A DNA stretch of 64,000 nucleotides from Lama glama (Eukaryota): contig CM052832.1 of NCBI GenBank assembly GCA_028534125.1, positions 14,510,001 to 14,574,000 of the forward strand, written 5' to 3'. The first letter of the stretch is position 1. Every line of letters starts with the position of its first letter. Positions 14,271-26,499 of the stretch are shown here, piece after piece. Below the pieces are notes generated by a model that saw only the letters and a program-made list of their open reading frames with translations, was not told the DNA's origin and searched no databases. Both the position numbers and the translations under genes were made by a program.

Positions 14271-16609
14271 CAGTGGGGAGGGGGTAAGAGGGTGGCAGGA
14301 GAGCAAAAAAGAAAAGAGAAGACTGCTCAAAAAAGAATAACTGAAACAAAGCAAGCATGGATAAGGCCCTGAGCCCAATCCACTCTGCTGCGATAATGCT
14401 TTAATGTGGGCTTTGGAGCTAAAACCCTGGCCTAGGGGAAGCCAGGGCTCTTCCTTATCATAACATGGTAGCTTCCCAGTGACTGAATGCTCCTGACAGG
14501 GTGATTCCAAGCATGAAAATCTGAGACCTTTCAGATGATCCTCGGATGCTTGGGGCTCTAAAAAGCTACTCTCTTCCTCCACTGTGTTTCTTCCTTTGCA
14601 ATCTCAAAAGCAATCACATTCCCGTCAGTGCCTGACAAGGATAGCTGAGAGCTTTACAGAGATTTGAAATAGCAGAAGTATGTGTTGTGTGAAGGAAAGG
14701 GAAGACAATACCCCTAGCCTCCTTCAAAATTCAGACGTTCTCTTGTGGAAAACGGCACTGAATCCCAAATACCACCCAATACTCTGGGAAGCCTGTGGCT
14801 TAAGCGGGTCTGGGGAACTGGCAATACAGTTGGACAGGAGCCACCAAGAAGGGCCACGCCTGGGCCCTGCATCAGCAGACCCTGGGGAGCTGGATGTGCT
14901 ATGAACGAATGGGGGAAATGCCAGCCTTGTCTCCTGCTGCTGCAATCAAACTGCAGCCCAAAGGAAGCCATCTCCCAGTTGGGGAAAGGGGGTGCTCGTG
15001 GGGCTCCTCTTGGCTGCAAGGGGTAATTACTTTCTTGCTCATCACGAAAACTTCCCCTAACCTGCTCCTCCTCTCCACTCTCCTCTGACTACTTTTTGCT
15101 CAGGTCACCATGCATTTGTCCCCCCTGTGTCTCCATCAGTCATCAAATCCTGTGGTCACAGCATTACTTCAAACACTACCTACACCTGCCCCTTCCTCTG
15201 GTCCCACGGCCATCACTGGGTCCCGACTCGAATGAGGTAAACTGTCAGGACAGCTTCCTGGTGGGCCTTCCAACTCCTGTCAGTCTCCTCATGCCACCAC
15301 ATTGTAAGTCCCCAGTTGACTCATCTGCTCGAATTTCCAGTTTCTGTGTCATGCCACAGCTATGTCATTCCCTGGTGGTCTAAATGGCCCCAGGGGCCCC
15401 TCTACAAAAACTAACCTTTAGATCTATGTTAAGACATATTGATCTCTCCTGTTTCTCATGCCCAAAATGATGTATGCAATCTAATTTCCCATTACCCCAA
15501 TCAGTTTACTTACAGCTTCTAGAACACATTAAGTCCCTTCCTACTTCTGCACCATTATGCACATTTCTCTTTGCCTGACTCAAACCTTCAGTGCATTTCA
15601 AATCCCGGTAAGGAAGCCTCTCCCAATCACGCCTCCTTCAATTTACCTTTTCCTTCTCAGAATTCCACCAGCACTTACACTCTGCACATCATTTTATGTA
15701 ACAACAACATTTGAAAGCTTCATATGTGCTAGGCACCATCCAAATGTTCTACATTCATTCAATCCTGACAACAACCTGATAGAATTATTCACCTTTTACA
15801 AATGGACAAACTGAGTCACAAAGAGGCTAACTGGCCCTGGGCTCACAGCAGGAAGTCCTGGAGCCAGGATTCAACCTGGAGTCAGCTCCCACATTCATAA
15901 CACTCATAACCACGACAGAATAATTACAGACTGCTTCACATTGCACTGTGATGACAAGTCACTCAAGAGCACGGAGCCATGCCTAAATTCCCTACAGCCC
16001 ATCCTCAAAGATGCACACTAGCTAATAACCCCCATAACTGAGGAGAGGAAACAAGGCCAAGCCCCTAGTCGGAGACTGGTTCTGGTGCCTAGCAGTACCT
16101 GAAAGAGGAGGCCTTGGGGCACCAGGGTAAGGAGGCTGTGAGTGAGCCACACACCCTTTAAACTAAAACATTAAGACTAATGTGAGTCTTCCATTACAAA
16201 ATCTACCTCGAGTTCTGAGACAAGACACACTTCGCCTGTTTTGGCTTGCACACTTTGTACCTCAAAATCTCCATATTTGGGGTCTGTGATTCTACAGTGA
16301 GAAATACCTGTTGTAAGGAATTCAAATAAGCTAGGTGACACAAATTAGAAGAGGTCAGAAAACAATTCAAAAGGTTACATTTCGGAAACTCCATGAATAA
16401 AATAATGATGTCTCCTTAGAGAAAGGGTCTTCGGCCTCATCAACCCTATACACCACTCCCATTCAACAAGTCCAGGGACAGAGATAATTCATCTCCAATA
16501 TCATTAGCCCTAAGAGGAATGGCTCTGAGAGGCTGGGAATACTATACTTTTAGAGATTCTGGAAGACTGTCTTTCTTCCTTAAACACATCCAATCAAAGG
16601 CATGGATGA

Positions 16610-16731
16610 GGGAGGAGGGTATAGCTCAAGTGGTAGAGCACAAGCTTAGCATGTATGAGGTCCTGGGTTCAATCCCCAGTACCTCCTTCTAAAAAAATAA
16701 ATAAATAAACCTAATTACCACCCCCCCCCAA
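16610..16731 (+). mobile_element. tRNA-derived SINE (camelid Vic-1-like), second copy
   Basis: Same head and tail motif as the 12814 copy. TSD aaaggcaTGgatga 16596-16609 / aaaggcaCAgatga 16732-16745. Confidence 0.88.
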
Positions 16732-17013
16732 AAAGGCACAGATGATCAAGGGAGGCCACGGGTAACCCTCAGAGAAGTTTCCAAGTATCACAGGTAAGTT
16801 TCCAACACTGCCACCACCCAGAGAATAGGAATTTGCCCCTCATCTGTGTCCTCTGCCCACCAGTGACTTGGAATGTCAAAGCTTCTTTACTTCAACATGT
16901 GATCATCAGAAGACATAAATCACACAAGAGAGTTTATTCACCATACTCTATATACCACACAAATACAACCTTAGTCAAAGTGTTTCTTCATGTTAACCTA
17001 GGGCACATTAATA

Positions 17014-17303
17014 CTGCTGTCACTCAGTAGCCACTGGGGACTGGCTTCAGGACTCCTCAGACACCAAAATCCATGGATGTTCAAGTCCCATATATAAAAT
17101 GGGACCTATCACATTCTCCTGTATACTTTAAATCATCTCTAGATTACATATACTAACACAATATAAATGTTATGTAAATAGTTGCCGGAGTGTAACGAAT
17201 TCAAGTTTTGCTTTTTGGAACACTCTAGAATTTCTTTTTCCAAATATTTTCAATCTGCAGTCAGTTGAATACACAGATGTGGAAACTGCAAATACAGAGA
17301 CTG
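17014..17303 (+). mobile_element. MER2B-like Tigger MITE
   Basis: accaaaatccatggatgttcaagtcccatatataaaatgg..tatactttaaatcatctctagattac matches recalled MER2 consensus. TA flanks. Confidence 0.8.
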
Positions 17304-17402
17304 TATATATAATAAGATCTGAGCCCTTTTACAGCCTCCTTTAGTTTTACTTCCTAATTCTAATCTACTCCTGATGAAAATACCACAAGACTCTCTCTAA
17401 AG

Positions 17403-17593
17403 CAGGGTTTCTCAACTTTAGCACTACATTTTGGACCAATTATTGGTCATAGGAGCCTGCCTTGTGCATTGTATGATGTTTATAGCATCCCTTGTCTGAT
17501 GCCAGTAGCACCACTCCCTGCCCCCCAAGTTGTGACAACAGACATCACCAATGTCAAGGGGCAGGAAGGATCACCCCTGGTTGATAATCACTG
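17403..17593 (+). mobile_element. MER20 (hAT-Charlie) MITE
   Basis: TIRs cagggtttctcaac / gttgataatcactg. Perfect 8-bp TSD ctctaaag at 17395-17402 and 17594-17601. Confidence 0.9.
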
Positions 17594-19079
17594 CTCTAAA
17601 GAAAATATAGAGAGCTCAGTTTGGTCTGAATCCTAAAGAGCCCTGCCATCTAACCAGTTTCAAGCTGCAATTACTTTTCCTCTAGTTTCCCAAATCCCAG
17701 ACACTGCTCCTCAGAACTCTATTGACAAAATCACCCCAAATAAGATTCTCCAACTCTTGGCAAGAGGGTTCTTCCTCCATGCCTTTTACTTAAGCCTCCT
17801 TCATGGTTTCTCAGCTATTTCTCTAGAAAGGCTCACAGGTTCCTACTCAGTCATTCTCGGCCCACCAGCTCCCACCTGTCACACAAAGTATGGGAAGGTC
17901 TTTGCCCCAAGGCCCAATTACATGCTCATTATCTGGTCATAGACAGGGTGAAGCGAACTAGATGTCCTTTCCTGACACCATTGATGTCATTTGTTACATA
18001 CGACTTCAGGAAAGCCATTCTATGAGCAGAGAAAAATATACTAAAAGATGGTTTGTGAAAGGCCCCAAACAAATGGGCTTTATTTAAAAAAACATCATTT
18101 GCAGAAGACAGGAAAGAAATCAAGAGTCCGCTAAGACAGTTTAGGCTTCTGAGAAAAAGAGAAGGATAATATGAAACAATAATTAATACAGACCAGAAAG
18201 GTACTAAGAATTAAATCTCCTTGTGAATAAATGTAAGAAATAAATACTGAAACACCTGCAAGTTCAAGAGAAATAAACATAATTGTAACTGCTGTGTTGC
18301 CAATTTTCAAAAAATTAATCTTCAACAAAGAGGCAAAATATGTATATAATTAGGTAGCAAAAATAAAGATGATACTGAGGCAATTAAGACTTCTAAGATC
18401 AGATGATATTATAAATGTACTAACAGATTCGTATGCCTGTGTCTCTCTCATTACTTTGCCTCCCCCTCCACATCTTTGATAATTTCAGACAGATTTTCTT
18501 GAAATGGCAGGAACCACCCGTCTGGAAATCCAAAAGTCCTTGTGCCAATGTTTGCCAAACCACATACAGAAATAGCACTGTTGCGGAGGAACATGAAACT
18601 TAACAAATTACCCCCAAAGAATGTCTCCTTTAGAAAGGGTTAAAAGCTGAGAAAAACAGGAAACTGCACTTGTAGAAGCTTTTTTGGAAGGCAACTATGC
18701 TCACCACTGTAGAAGCTTCTTGGAGTAGAAAATGTATACAAATCTTCATCAATTTTATGAAGACAACAGTGAGTCCCAAGGGCACAGGTCTCTGGGACCC
18801 ATAAATAATAACAAGAAACCTGAAGCTCGTTGAAAGAAAAGCTAGAGGGAAGTGTATCTAAAAACCAAACCCTGACCGGCTTCTATCAGCCTTCACAGAC
18901 TCAGTCAAATGGTTCATATTAACATCCATAAACACAGGAGAAAAGAAAAATATACACACCAAAAAACCCTCCATTCAATGCCAAGTACAAATCAATCCTG
19001 GGAGGCTAAAGGGCAGAACCAGCACTCTCCCAGGGCATTTGGTGCCCCAGAACTCCTCTGGATGTCTGAAGTCCTGCTA

Positions 19080-19275
19080 CAGAGAGAACAGACAGTGGTT
19101 ATGGCGGGGAGGGGAGGGGGAGAAGGTACAAACTATCGGGTGTAAGACTGGCTACTGGGATGCTCTACGACACAGGGAATACAGGCAATATTTTGTAACT
19201 GTAAATGGAGTGTAGCCTTTTTTAATTGTATAAAAATTAAAAAATAAATTTAAAAAAACAACAAAAATACGAAAA
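19080..19275 (+). mobile_element. L1/HAL1-like 3' end fragment
   Basis: gtacaaactatcgggtgtaag..cacagggaatacaggcaatattttgtaactgtaaatggag followed by an A-rich tail. Confidence 0.65.
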
Positions 19276-19544
19276 AGGAAAAGTAGACATCTTTCAAATA
19301 GCTTGCAGGTTCTTTGAGGATGGAGCTGTGAGGAGCAGGATGGAGCCCAACACTAAATACAACATGGGCACTCAAATAAGATCAAAGAGGAGATCCCTCT
19401 TGCTCTCTCCATCTGAATGCAGGGTCCCAGTGGAAGAAAGGCACCTCTCTTCTCAGACTATCTCCCCTATCATCTGCTCATTCCATTATATTTATGATCT
19501 TGACAGACTCAGTTTAAAGCTACTCACCTGAGTAGCATTCTAAG

Positions 19545-19690
19545 CTTGGACAAGTGGCTTTAACTCTAAACCTCTGTTTCCTTATCTGTAAAAAGGGGCT
19601 TTGACTCCCTACCTCCCAGATATAACAGGGAATGTGCTCCCCCAGTGCCCGGCAGACAGTAAGCATTCTACATGCGCTGTTAACATATAT
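19545..19690 (+). mobile_element. MIR fragment (antisense to ANKS1A)
   Basis: ttggacaagtggctttaactctaaacctctgtttccttatctgtaaaaagggg..cagtgcccggcagacagtaagc. Confidence 0.8.
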
Positions 19691-22600
19691 TATCCCAGCA
19701 CCTTCAGCTGCTCCTTTTCTAAGACGTTCTTCCACCACCTTCAAATATGGTCAGAACAGAGAACCCAATAGAGGGAAAAGGATTCAGTGCGTCCCAGTGC
19801 CCCAGAAGCCATCCTATTTCAATTCTTCCTGTCCTTACCAAACTTTGGAAGTCCGTGATCTACACCCAGTGGCCTCATAGTAGACTCCCTACCCATTCAC
19901 TGCACGGCCCCTCAAGGGAACCATCAGCTTTTTACCACTTTAAATAGAACAGCAACTCACATGATCCTCAAACATCACTCCTGTCTTCATTTTCCATGCT
20001 CTGAAGCACTCGACAACTGATCAAACCTTCCCTTAAACTCTCTCTTCCTGGATCACTTTATCACGACCTTCCTAGACTACCCTTCAGCTCTTACCGGCTT
20101 CTTCCCTTGGTACTGGGTGTGGAAACACTGGGGGTTCAGTACTCTGTACGCTCTTTCTCTGCACATGCTTGCCCTCAGGCAATATAGTCACCATGACAGT
20201 TGCACCTTGCTTGCCATCTCCCATTAGGATGAACCCCAGGGTTACCAGGGCTGACTGTGAGGGAATCTAAGCAGAGTTTTGTACGTATGTGAAGGAAACC
20301 CTGTCAGGACAGATTTGATCTTTGCAAATTTCTTGAAACACAAAGCCAGAAACTGATCAAGGTAGGAAGGCGATCTTAGTGACCAAAATAATGGGTGAAA
20401 ACAATAGCTTGAATTGGTAGGTTTACAAAATGTCTAAATTTCTCATGACATTTCTAGCCCTGACAGGTACAATGTGGCTGTTTAGGAATGTGGGCTCTGG
20501 AATCACATCAAATCTTGACTCAGCCACTAGTTCTCTGACTTTGGTCATGTTAGTCTCTTTGTGTCTCAGTTTTGTCATCTGTAAAATGGGAATAACATTA
20601 CCTATTCATATGGCTTTGTGAGGATTCAATGTAAAGCATCAGCACAGTGCTTAGAACATAGTAAGTGCACAGGAAATTTTAGCTGATTTTGCCCTCTACT
20701 TACTTTTATGTTCAGTCGTGGTCTAAAAAAGAATGTCAATTAGGATGTCCCATTACGGACAAGGGGGAAGAATCCACATAGGAAACAGAGTAAGGAAGAA
20801 TGCTTTGCATTATCTGCATATAACAACCCAGAGGAGGGTATCAATTTATTCAGTCTCCCCCAAAACCTCTAATGCCCCTAACATTTGTTTACCAAAGAAA
20901 GTCCCTGATTCTTTTATTAGCCAACAGCTGCTAACAACACTGAGTATACATATTTGACTAGATGGACCCACTTCCAAAAAGAACCTCTAGATTTTATAGC
21001 TCAGGTTGTGAACTCCAAACATTAGTCATTTTAAAAAGGACATCAGTACCTATACCATCTTCTGGTCAGAAAGCTTCAAGTTATACTTAGGCTTTTCGAG
21101 AATGTAAGTCATTACACAGGTACCTTAGAAAAAAATTTTAGTAACAAAATTTTTTAAAGATGTTAACATTTTTGAAGGACTTAAAATCAGCAACAAAGAG
21201 ACTCTCTCCTTTCTCCTGTTTCTTCAGAGTTCTTACAGAATTTCAGAGCTAGTGGGAGCCTTCAATATTTTTGAGGCTGAGGCTTTCATCAGCAGCTACT
21301 CCTGAGTCCTCAGCTTGGGTGAGGTACTAATGACAAACCAGAAGAGGAGGAGACTCCTTCACGGTCATGCAAGTCGGCCAGGCCTACTGCACTGTAAACA
21401 GCTCAGTTGCTGAGTGCTAATTAATCATGTGAGATCACGCCATTCCCTGGCTGTTGATTTTTTAAAATATGCAAATAGGAAATTAAAATGTAATGATGTT
21501 ACAAAACGCTGGTACTTTAATGATTCTTAGAGTAAAAAGCAGACATTGTATCAGTCTGATTCACTAGCTTATCTTACTACTTTCAAGGCCAGCTCTAGTT
21601 CCAATAAACCTTAGTCCAAACCCATCTGTGTTTTATTGTTTAAAATTCAGAAGAGAGGTGATACCTATTCTTTGACGAATGGCATATTTTGATAGACACA
21701 GTCTTTACACAGACTATCCATTGGACATACTAGTTTAAGTTGTTTGTACCAATTAGAGATCCAGGTGGCCTAGAGGGCATGATTAGTTCTATTTTTAACT
21801 TTTGGACAAACTAAGAAATGAAGCTATAAAAATAGATGTTTCTCTGTTCCCTCCTCCCCAATGTTCCCAAGCCTGTTGTTTTTGTCCATAATCCTTATCT
21901 GCCTGCATGACAGTCTTATTGTTTTGTGCTATTAAAATATTACAGTTGCACAATATAAGATCATATCCAACTCAGCATCTTCCCAACAGAAAGAATCAAT
22001 CCCTTTAATGATCATTTTGAAGTCTAATTGTACTGTTCCCTAGAGAAGAGGCAATAAGGCCCTGGGACGGTAGCTGTGGGCAGGGAAACAGTCGACAAGT
22101 TCCCAGCAAGGCAATGAGCACAAGACAAAAATAGTATGTGCCATGAAACTAGAGAGGCCCAGGTTTAGAGACCAACTCTGACATCTACTAAGCTGAATGA
22201 CTCTGAGCACGTTACACAATTCTTAAATCTGCTTATTCCCCACCTAGCTCGGAGCTGAGGGTGAATTCAATCAGAATGTATCTTAAGAGCCTATCGTAAT
22301 GTGTGGCACAAGCAGGATTAACAAATGCCATTTTTCATCCCCAAATCATGGTGCATCTTTAAAAACTGTCCTAGTGAGGGAAAAGGGAATCATCTGAACC
22401 TCGTGGCACATGACAAAACAGGCATGTAGACCCATTCATCAAAAAACTGACAGCAATTTAGAGACTCTTAAAAAAAAAAAAAAGGAGGGAGGTGGGGAAG
22501 AAACACCTACCCTAACATCTTAGAGCAGGTAGAAGGAGGAAACAATGTCCACCAGGCAATGGGGACACAACTGTGACCAAGAAAGAGAACTTTAGTAACT

Positions 22601-24837
22601 TTGAGGGGCTTATTGTCTAGGAGTGGAAAGAAACAAGCAAACGGGAAATTGCAATATAGCAAACTAAATGGAACAGCAGAGGTTACAGAAGGCTCTGGGA
22701 GCACATAGAAAAGGCCCTCACATGTAGATCAGAAGGCTTCCCCCAGAAAGCAACATATAATCATCATCATCATCATAGCTAACACCTGCTGAAAAGCTAC
22801 TATGTGCTAGGAATATGCTAAGTGCACTTGGGGATTACCTCCTATAATTCCCAGAACAACACTACTAGACAGCCACTATTATTAATGCCATTTTAAAGAT
22901 TAAAGAGGTTAGGAAAATCCCCCAAAGACACACCACTAGTAACTGGAAGAGCTGGGATGTGAACCCATATAGCCTGATTCCAGAGTCTAGGCACTTAACC
23001 ACCACACCTACTAGCTGTTCTAAGATGAGGCCCGAAGCTGTCAAAAGTCAGAGCCTGGGAAGTTTGCAGACGCAGAGGCGTGCAGCACTTGTGTCCAGAT
23101 ACAAGTCAGCGCAGGGCCCAGGTTGAAGGGAATTGCAAAAGGGCACTTTATATTTGTTAAATTAAGTGATGCTGAAGCTTCCAGTGCAAAGCTAACAGTA
23201 TGAGCAATGAGGAAAGAGGAATAAGCCAGACTGCAAAGTCTCGAAGACACATTAAGGAGTTTGGGCTCAAGGACAAGCCATGATCCTAAAAAGCTGTTCA
23301 GAGCCAATATTCAACTTCCTCTTAGAAATAATAGTCTCCTGGGGGAGACTTCCCAAGGGACTAACTTCCACTACTTGCATAAAGAACTAGAAACATAGTT
23401 CAGCAATCATAACTGACACTCATTCAGGATCAAGTTTTTTAGGAGTATATGAAGTTCAAAATGCTACCAGTAACTTAAATTCACATTTAATATGCTATAG
23501 TTACATGGTGATCTGTAAAAAAAAAAAATGCTTGCAGTCAAATTTTTCCTTTAACAAATCAGAAGGCAACAGAACACTATTAATGGGACTATAAAATTCA
23601 GGAAACAGATTTAGTAGCCATCTTTAAGGAGACCTTGAGACAATGTGCTAATAAATGTGATGGCTTTTTGTGAATCTGACCCAGAGACACCTTTCACTGC
23701 CTTCTTTTCCTCATTGTGATTTTCCACACAGGAAGCACAGAAGCACACCAGGGATGACCTTGTTGGCAGACACTTTATCAGCCCTATAGCTTCACCTTGT
23801 ACAACAGCTATAAAGCTCTCATTTAAAAAGCACATCCCATGTGCCAGGTGCTGTTCAAAACATATGCGATCTTCACAAAGACCCTATGAGGTGGGGAGGT
23901 ACTATCATTATTCCCATTTTGGAAGTAAGAAAACTAAGGCACAGAGAGTTTAAATAAATTACTGCTAAAAAAAAAAAAAAACAAAACCCAATCCAAAAAT
24001 GGGCAGAAGACCTAAACAAGCAATTCTCCAATGAAGACACGTAAATGGCCAATAGGTACATGAAAAAATGCTCAATATCACTAATTATCAGAGAAATGCA
24101 AAACAAAACTATAATGAGGTATCATCTCACAACAGTCAGAATGGCCATCACTCAAAAGTCTATGAATGATAAATGCTAGAGAGGGTGTGGAGAAAAGGGA
24201 ACCCTCCTACACTGCTGGTGAGAATGTAGTTTGGCGCAGCCATTATGGAAAACAGCATGAAGATTCTTCAAAAAACTAAAAACAGACTTACCAGCAATCC
24301 CACTTCTGGGTATATATCCAAAGGGAATTCTAATTTGAAAAGATACAAGCACCCCAATGTTCACAGCAGCACTATATACAATAGTCAAGACATGGAAGCA
24401 ACCTAAATGTCCATCAACAGATGACTAAATGAAGTTGACTTATATTTATACATTGGAATACTACTCAGCCATAAAAAAGAACAAAATAATGCCATTTGCA
24501 GTGATAGGGATGGGCATGGAGATTGTCATTCTTAGTGAAGTTAGGCAGAAAGAGAAAAAAATACTATATGATACCACTTATATGTGGAATGGAGGAGGAG
24601 GAGGAGAAGAGAACACTAACTAACTCATCTACAAAACAGAAACAGACTCGCAGACATAGTAAACAATCTTATGGTTACCAGGGAAAGGCAGTGGAAATAG
24701 ATAAATTTGGGAGTTTGAGATTTACAAATGTTAGCCACTATATATAAAAAATACATTTTTAAAAAAGGTTTTTTTTGTATAGCACAGGGAATGATGTTCA
24801 ATACCTTGTAATAACCTTTAATGAAAAGATGAAAATG

Positions 24838-26499
24838 CACCCATTTATGATAAAAACTCTCACCAAAGTGGGCATACAGGGGACATCTCTCAACATAATA
24901 AAAGCTATATATGACAAACCTACAGCCAGCATAGTACTCAACGGTGAAAAACTCAAAAGCTTCCCACTAAAATCTAGGACAAGACAAGGATGCCCACTAT
25001 AACCACTCCTATTCAACATAGTCTTGGAAGTCCTAGCCACAGCAATCAGACAAGAGAGAGAAATAAAAGGGATCCAAACTGGAAAAGAAGAGGTGAAAGT
25101 GTCACTATATGCTGACCACATGTTACTATATATAGAAAACCCTAAAAAGTCCACACAAAAACTACTAGAGCTGATCNNNNNNNNNNNNNNNNNNNNNNNN
25201 NNNNNNNNNNNNNNNNNNNNNNNNNNNNNNNNNNNNNNNNNNNNNNNNNNNNNNNNNNNNNNNNNNNNNNNNNNNNNNNNNNNNNNNNNNNNNNNNNNNN
25301 NNNNNNNNNNNNNNNNNNNNNNNNNNNNNNNNNNNNNNNNNNNNNNNNNNNNNNNNNNNNNNNNNNNNNNNNNNNNNNNNNNNNNNNNNNNNNNNNNNNN
25401 NNNNNNNNNNNNNNNNNNNNNNNNNNNNNNNNNNNNNNNNNNNNNNNNNNNNNNNNNNNNNNNNNNNNNNNNNNNNNNNNNNNNNNNNNNNNNNNNNNNN
25501 NNNNNNNNNNNNNNNNNNNNNNNNNNNNNNNNNNNNNNNNNNNNNNNNNNNNNNNNNNNNNNNNNNNNNNNNNNNNNNNNNNNNNNNNNNNNNNNNNNNN
25601 NNNNNNNNNNNNNNNNNNNNNNNNNNNNNNNNNNNNNNNNNNNNNNNNNNNNNNNNNNNNNNNNNNNNNNNNNNNNAGGAATTCCGCTCCTGGGCTTATA
25701 TCCAGAAGGAACCCTACTTCAGGATGACATCTGCACCCCAGTGTTCATAGCAGCACTATTTACATAGCCAAGACAGGAAACAGCCTAAATGTCCATTAAC
25801 AGATGACTGGATAAAGAAGACGTGGTATATTTATACAACGGAATACTATTCAGCCATAAAAACCAACAACAGAACACCATTTGCAGCAACATGGATGCTC
25901 CTGGAGAATGTCATTCTAAGTGAAGTAAGCCAGAAAGAGAAAGAAAAGTACTATATGAGATCGCTCATATGTGGAATTTAAAAAACAAAAACAAAAACAA
26001 AAACAAAAAAAACAAAGCATAAATACAAAACAGAAATAGACTCTCACAGACGTAGAATACAAACTTGTGGTTGCCAAGGGGGCGGAGGGTGGGAAGGGAT
26101 AGACAGGATTTCAAAAGCGTAGAATAGATAAACAAGATTATACTGTATAGCACAGGGAAATATACACAAGATCTTATGGTAGCTCACAGAGAAAAAAATG
26201 TGACAATGAATACATATATGTTCACGTATAACTGAAAAATTGTGCTGTACACTGGAATTTGACACAACACTGTAAAATGATTATAAATCAATAAAAATGT
26301 TAAAAAAAAAAGAAATACCTGTTTTCAGTGGATTACCCCCTAGATAAATGTTGATATTTATATCAATATTAAGTACATTAGAGATTAGAAAATACATAAA
26401 TAGATGAAAGAATAGATTAGAAGCTAGAAAATGTTAAGGTGCTGTACTATTAAGGAAAACCAATTTCAAAATAAAAATAATTTAACTGATTAAAAAAAA
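24838..26499 (+). mobile_element. Younger 5'-truncated L1 (inner element) with RT remnant and 3' transduced tail
   Basis: [61 protein letters not shown]. Perfect 15-bp TSD gaaaagatgaaaatg at 24823-24837 and 26500-26514. Confidence 0.93.
25177..25676. other. Assembly gap (500 N)
   Basis: Run of N inside the young L1. Confidence 1.

Noticed and set aside
25024..25767. 247-aa ORF / active reverse transcriptase
   Set aside because: Mostly N gap. The L1 is 5'-truncated, with an upstream stop and YADH at the catalytic motif.
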